Shown here in pieces: positions 59,660-64,000 of a stretch of DNA of 64,000 nt. Below the pieces are notes generated by a model. That model was not told where the DNA came from. It worked only from the letters and a program-made list of their open reading frames with translations, and did no database searches. The position numbers and the translations under genes are program-made. Within the stretch, counting starts at the first letter, position 1; every line of letters starts with the position of its first letter. Source of the DNA: Escherichia phage slur09; the sequence record NC_028840.1; one strand, 5' to 3'.

Positions 59660-62219
59660 CGAGAATCCTTCTTACGTTATCCAAATCTTTACATACAGCA
59701 ATAAACTTATCATCCTTGTATTTGCTATGATCTGGATGCTCTTTATCCATTGCAGCTAGTTTCTTATACTCGAAATCTGCATCAAGTAACACACCTTTGA
59801 CATAACGAGTATATTCATCATCATCAATACAAGCGATTGATGGATGCTGCTTCTTCATCTTACCACAGGAATAGTCACGAGAACCTCCAGCCTCAGAATC
59901 AGAATCAATACCAATCGGACAGCCAGGAATACTGATACCACGGTCTTTCTGAATATTACGAATCAGGATTTCATTGTATTGGTCGATCAAATCCTCACGA
60001 ACAATAGCAACTACGGAGTCATGAACCAGCATAACAATCTTCATCTCTTGTTCTAGGCCAAGAGAAATGATCTCATTATCTGCATCTACAGCACCTAAAA
60101 GTAGGCTATCAGAAGAAGCAGACTGAATGATTGCGTTAAATCCAGAACGAATTTCTTCACCCTGAACACCACGGTCTTCGGAGTGGATATTATGCAGACG
60201 ACGTTTACGACCAAAGTGACTGTAGATAAATCCATGATTCTTGATCTGATCATGGCACTTATCAATCCAACGCTTAAGCTGCGGAAACTGACTGAAGTAA
60301 GTTTCAATGTACTCTTTAGCATCTGCAACAGTACACTCTACAAACGGTTCGCCTGTCTTAGCAGCCTGTTCCAGAAGAGCTTCGTTAACAGAATGAGCTA
60401 CTTTAGCCGGGCCAGAACCGTACAAAATACCGAAGGTAATTGCCTTAGCAGCCTGACGCAGAGCTGGGAATAACTTTTTAACATCACGAGGCTCGCATTG
60501 GAGCTTAAATACCATGTGCGCGATGTTAGAATGGAAGTCCGGGTACTTATCAGGTTCATTTCTCATGTTGATAAATACCTGTTGCATATTTCTATCACCA
60601 GATAGAACAGCAGCATAATAAACTTCCGCAGTTGTTAAGTCCCACGCGATTACACGATACCCTGGAGGAGCTACTACACAACCCTTGATAATAGATTCAT
60701 CACGAGGTAACTGCTGCAGGTTCAGTTTACCAGAAGAACTCAGACGACCAGAAGTAGTCATGTGTTCGTGGAAACCAGTACGAATGCAACCATCAGCATC
60801 AATGCTCAGAAGAATCTTCTCAACATAAGTAGAGATCAGCTTAGTCAGCTTACGAATCTCTAGCAGAGTCTTAGCAATTGGATGCTGCGTAGACAATTCG
60901 TTCAGAGCTTCTGCATCTGTAGAGTCTGCTCCAGTATCCGTCAATTTACCTGTTGGAGTTAAGCCAACATAATCAAACAGAAGAACACGGAGTTGTTTAA
61001 CAGAGTTTGGGTTAAACGCTTCATTCTGATCTTTCTCTAGCTGAACTACTTCTGGATAAGTATACAGCTTCTCACGAGCTTTATTCAGATTATGGGTTAA
61101 CTGGTACTGAGCTTCTTTTAAACGATCAATAGAAATTGGTACACCACGATCCTCAACACGCTGGAGAAATACACAACCAGGCATCAAAACATCATAATAC
61201 AGACTGCAAAGTTTTTCGTTCTTCTCAATTTTTGGTAAGAAGAAGTTGTGCAAACGTATGGTGGCATCGGTATCTTTTGCAGCGTAAGGCCACATAATAT
61301 CAAACGGAATTAAATCATAGGTGAAATCTTCTTTCTTGATTTTATGTGCTTTGCAGTAATCCTCTTTGAACTTATCTAGTTCGAAGTCATAGTCACCCAT
61401 ATCGGTGTACTTCATCGCTAGAGATTTCAAGCCATGAGTACCACGACGTTCATCTAGAACATAGTGTTGCAACATGGTATCATGGAGCCTGCGTTCTTTA
61501 TGCGCTTTATCAAAAGTAAGTCCCAGATGGTACTTATAAAAGTGCATATCAAACTTCAAGTTGTGAAAAACAATAGTGTGGTTTTCACTATCCAGAATTT
61601 TCTGGAGATAATATACCGCAACCTCTGTGAGGCAATCAGAATCTATATATACACCCTGATACTCTTGGTGAGACATAGAAACACCGAGCAGATAACCATC
61701 TCGACAGTATAGTGCTGAGGTTTCGGAGTCGAATGCGACAGGTCCGATAACCATATTATACACCATCTTGATATATTCTTCTGCCTCATCAGGGTCAGTA
61801 ATAGGACGGTAATCACCAGCTTTTGCAATCTTCTCACGACCATTGATAATATCGTGGATATTCTCTACTGTTGCATCAAAAACTGGTTTCATTTCAGGTT
61901 TAAAGTGTAACTGGGCTGGGCTGATACTCGCAATCCAGTTAGCATATCCATTATATTCTACACGTTTACCGGTATAATCACCAATACCTTTCTTACCTGC
62001 AAAGTACAGGAAAGGTTCAGCACCTACTAGTATAACAAAATCATAATCATTCGGATCAAATGGGTTTTCTGGTGTTCCAATAGTAATGTGCTTTTTAAGC
62101 AAACGACCAGATAACTTCTCGTTACACATATGGAATACATCAACTTCCTCGCCGTATAGCTGGAAATGTTTATCATAACGAGTGTTGTTTAGAGCTTTAT
62201 CAACTACTGCGATTTTCAA
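59652..62219 (-). CDS. DNA polymerase, family A, with 3'-5' exonuclease domain
   Basis: 855 aa; motif B RQAAKAITFGILYGSG, motif C LVHDS, exo motif FHNLKFDMHF. Confidence 0.9.
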   Translation of the reverse strand: MKIAVVDKALNNTRYDKHFQLYGEEVDVFHMCNEKLSGRLLKKHITIGTPENPFDPNDYDFVILVGAEPFLYFAGKKGIGDYTGKRVEYNGYANWIASISPAQLHFKPEMKPVFDATVENIHDIINGREKIAKAGDYRPITDPDEAEEYIKMVYNMVIGPVAFDSETSALYCRDGYLLGVSMSHQEYQGVYIDSDCLTEVAVYYLQKILDSENHTIVFHNLKFDMHFYKYHLGLTFDKAHKERRLHDTMLQHYVLDERRGTHGLKSLAMKYTDMGDYDFELDKFKEDYCKAHKIKKEDFTYDLIPFDIMWPYAAKDTDATIRLHNFFLPKIEKNEKLCSLYYDVLMPGCVFLQRVEDRGVPISIDRLKEAQYQLTHNLNKAREKLYTYPEVVQLEKDQNEAFNPNSVKQLRVLLFDYVGLTPTGKLTDTGADSTDAEALNELSTQHPIAKTLLEIRKLTKLISTYVEKILLSIDADGCIRTGFHEHMTTSGRLSSSGKLNLQQLPRDESIIKGCVVAPPGYRVIAWDLTTAEVYYAAVLSGDRNMQQVFINMRNEPDKYPDFHSNIAHMVFKLQCEPRDVKKLFPALRQAAKAITFGILYGSGPAKVAHSVNEALLEQAAKTGEPFVECTVADAKEYIETYFSQFPQLKRWIDKCHDQIKNHGFIYSHFGRKRRLHNIHSEDRGVQGEEIRSGFNAIIQSASSDSLLLGAVDADNEIISLGLEQEMKIVMLVHDSVVAIVREDLIDQYNEILIRNIQKDRGISIPGCPIGIDSDSEAGGSRDYSCGKMKKQHPSIACIDDDEYTRYVKGVLLDADFEYKKLAAMDKEHPDHSKYKDDKFIAVCKDLDNVRRILGA

Positions 62220-62312
62220 ATTTAATCTCCTCTTGGTAAGTAAGTATAACTTCAGTGTTTCTTCTCTAACTTACCAATATATTATATCAAAATATTGGGA
62301 TAATAGCAAATA

Positions 62313-62642
62313 CTATTTATAGGTGTGAAGTAATTTACGCATTTCATTGCGCTGCTTTTCTAGTACCCGAAATTCTTCATCTATACGCAGAAAAGCATCT
62401 AGCGCTTTCATAGATTGCTCAGTATTTTCTACAACAGCCCAATCATATGTTAGGTATACCTCTTGACCTGTATCTTTTACTTTAAAGTAAATATAAGATG
62501 CAGGTAATTTAGGATCACCAAATAAATGGAAATTCTTTCGTTTATTAAGGGACTCCAGTGTTGTAAACCGCTCTAGTTTAACCTCTTTGTGTGTTATACT
62601 ATCATACACTGGAACATCCGCATAAATATATACATATTCCAT
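62313..62642 (-). CDS. hypothetical protein
   Basis: 109 aa ORF. Confidence 0.45.
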   Translation of the reverse strand: MEYVYIYADVPVYDSITHKEVKLERFTTLESLNKRKNFHLFGDPKLPASYIYFKVKDTGQEVYLTYDWAVVENTEQSMKALDAFLRIDEEFRVLEKQRNEMRKLLHTYK

Positions 62643-62668
62643 AGTAGCTCCTCAGTTATTTAGGACTA

Positions 62669-63559
62669 TTATACCAAATCTTTAAGCGATTCAGCAACTA
62701 AAATTTCAATACGTTTTGCTAACATATCAATTTCTTCTTTATTTAAGTCACCTGGGTCTTTACCTTCAGGCAGAAGAAAGTTAGCAACTACAGGTGTTAA
62801 ACGCGTTTTTGTACGAATTAGCTTAGCCAGTGCTTGTGCAGCTTTATTACCAGAAGCATCATTATCTAGTAAGATAACAACAACTTTAACACCAGCAATA
62901 ATATACGGACTGAACTTATCTGCAATGTTGTCTGAAGTAAACTGATGTGTACCAAAGCAACAAGAAGCATAGTCTATACCATTATCCTCTAGATTCAGCA
63001 TATCAAAGATACCTTCAACTAGAATAAGAACTGGAGTATTATATCGTACAGGAAAAATTGGCGGTGAAACTTGTTTTGGTTTTACTAGGTATTTAGGAGG
63101 GGCAGAACTGTTTATAGAACGACCCAAAAATAGGATATTGCGTCCAACAGCATCTGTGATTGGGAATACAATTCTGCCTTCCCAGTCTGCTTGGTGTTGG
63201 AAAGCAAAATATTTCTTCAAGGTCTTAGAACTTATACCTCGGAAATCACCTTCGAAAAGGTAAGCAGATTCAGGAATTGCAAGATTCGTAGATCCATTCC
63301 TAATCTCTGAAATCTTTTTACGTACCTGTGCTAGTCTTGGGGACTGTCGGTACTGAGTCTCATTAAAATAATGGTAAATGCTCGGTATACCTTTACCGAA
63401 GCCACAACTCAAGCAGTGCATAATACCTGTTTCAGGATCAATACGCAAACTTGGGTGTTTATCGTCATGATCTGGATTGAGACAACAGATTAAAATATCT
63501 CCACCAGTATCTTTATACTCAATTCCCTTAAGATCAAGTAATTCTGTTATTCGACTCAT
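62669..63559 (-). CDS. DNA primase (zinc-binding, DnaG-like)
   Basis: 296 aa; CLNPDHDDKHPSLRIDPETGIMHCLSCGFGKG zinc ribbon then TOPRIM-like region. Confidence 0.7.
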   Translation of the reverse strand: MSRITELLDLKGIEYKDTGGDILICCLNPDHDDKHPSLRIDPETGIMHCLSCGFGKGIPSIYHYFNETQYRQSPRLAQVRKKISEIRNGSTNLAIPESAYLFEGDFRGISSKTLKKYFAFQHQADWEGRIVFPITDAVGRNILFLGRSINSSAPPKYLVKPKQVSPPIFPVRYNTPVLILVEGIFDMLNLEDNGIDYASCCFGTHQFTSDNIADKFSPYIIAGVKVVVILLDNDASGNKAAQALAKLIRTKTRLTPVVANFLLPEGKDPGDLNKEEIDMLAKRIEILVAESLKDLV

Positions 63560-64000
63560 GAATTTAACTCCTCCAGTGAAGGATAATTAGATGTATCAAA
63601 AATTTCTATAACAGCACGTTCTCCATGTAACTTAGTCCTTAATATATTTGCTGAATTTACAGCTAGCTCTAGCTCTTCATGCTTAAATCTGCCACCATTT
63701 TTAAGAGTGCTATTAGAGTCTCTTACTTGAACTCTCCATCTTTGTTTTTCGGTATCCCAAGCAACTCCCAAATATCCAGACTTACTACATGCGGTTTTAT
63801 TTCTACTATTTTCCTGAGCTGTGGCGTCTCTTAGATTACACCACCTATTATCAAAAGGTATTCTGTTTACATGGTCTACTTTTTTCGGCAATGTATTTTC
63901 CATAAATAGAAAAGCCATCCGATGGGCTTTGTAATCCTTGCCATCTATACCAATAATTATATAACCGTTAGAGTCTTTTCTGGTTATTATACTACCAGCT
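63556..64000 (-). CDS. HNH/AP2 homing endonuclease (5' end outside window)
   Basis: Frame open to window edge; ...DGYIIIGIDGKDYKAHRMAFLFMEN...NRWCNLRDATAQEN...SGYLGVAWDTEKQRWRV; intact paralog of 7031-7567. Confidence 0.7.
   Translation of the reverse strand, partial: AGSIITRKDSNGYIIIGIDGKDYKAHRMAFLFMENTLPKKVDHVNRIPFDNRWCNLRDATAQENSRNKTACSKSGYLGVAWDTEKQRWRVQVRDSNSTLKNGGRFKHEELELAVNSANILRTKLHGERAVIEIFDTSNYPSLEELNS

Overview
The window reads as a large piece of a T5-like siphophage genome (Tequintavirus-type organisation), apparently spanning the collapsed terminal-repeat region. Five modules are visible. (1) 1-12016, plus strand, AT-rich early genes: dNMP kinase, a ClpP-like protease, putative holin and an L-Ala-D-Glu peptidase endolysin, two metallophosphatases, a thioredoxin-like protein and many small unknown or membrane proteins, driven by very strong sigma70-type promoters. 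(2) 12040-13330, a coding-free, highly structured region: a near-consensus promoter, eight copies of a 15-mer, palindromes and short tandem repeats. (3) 13300-22800, a pre-early-type block of about 16 genes: an 8-gene minus-strand cassette bounded by imperfect ~200-bp inverted repeats carrying LexA-box-like and DnaA-box motifs, then plus-strand genes including A1-like, A2-like and Dmp-like proteins, each preceded by a conserved leader motif. (4) 22900-51180: an HNH gene, small membrane proteins and the llp lipoprotein on the minus strand, then the plus-strand late operon from receptor-binding protein pb5 through terminase, portal, capsid and tail to the L-shaped tail fibre. (5) 51200-64000, minus-strand replication and repair genes: dUTPase, flap endonuclease, SbcCD-like nuclease, helicase, family-A DNA polymerase and primase. 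Five HNH endonuclease genes are present, one interrupted by an in-frame amber codon. No tRNA genes or CRISPR arrays were found by eye. All protein identifications rest on motifs read from the ORF track and on recalled T5 gene sizes and order; no database search was run. The most interesting candidate for an undescribed function is the inverted-repeat-bounded pre-early cassette with its acidic proteins and small membrane peptides.
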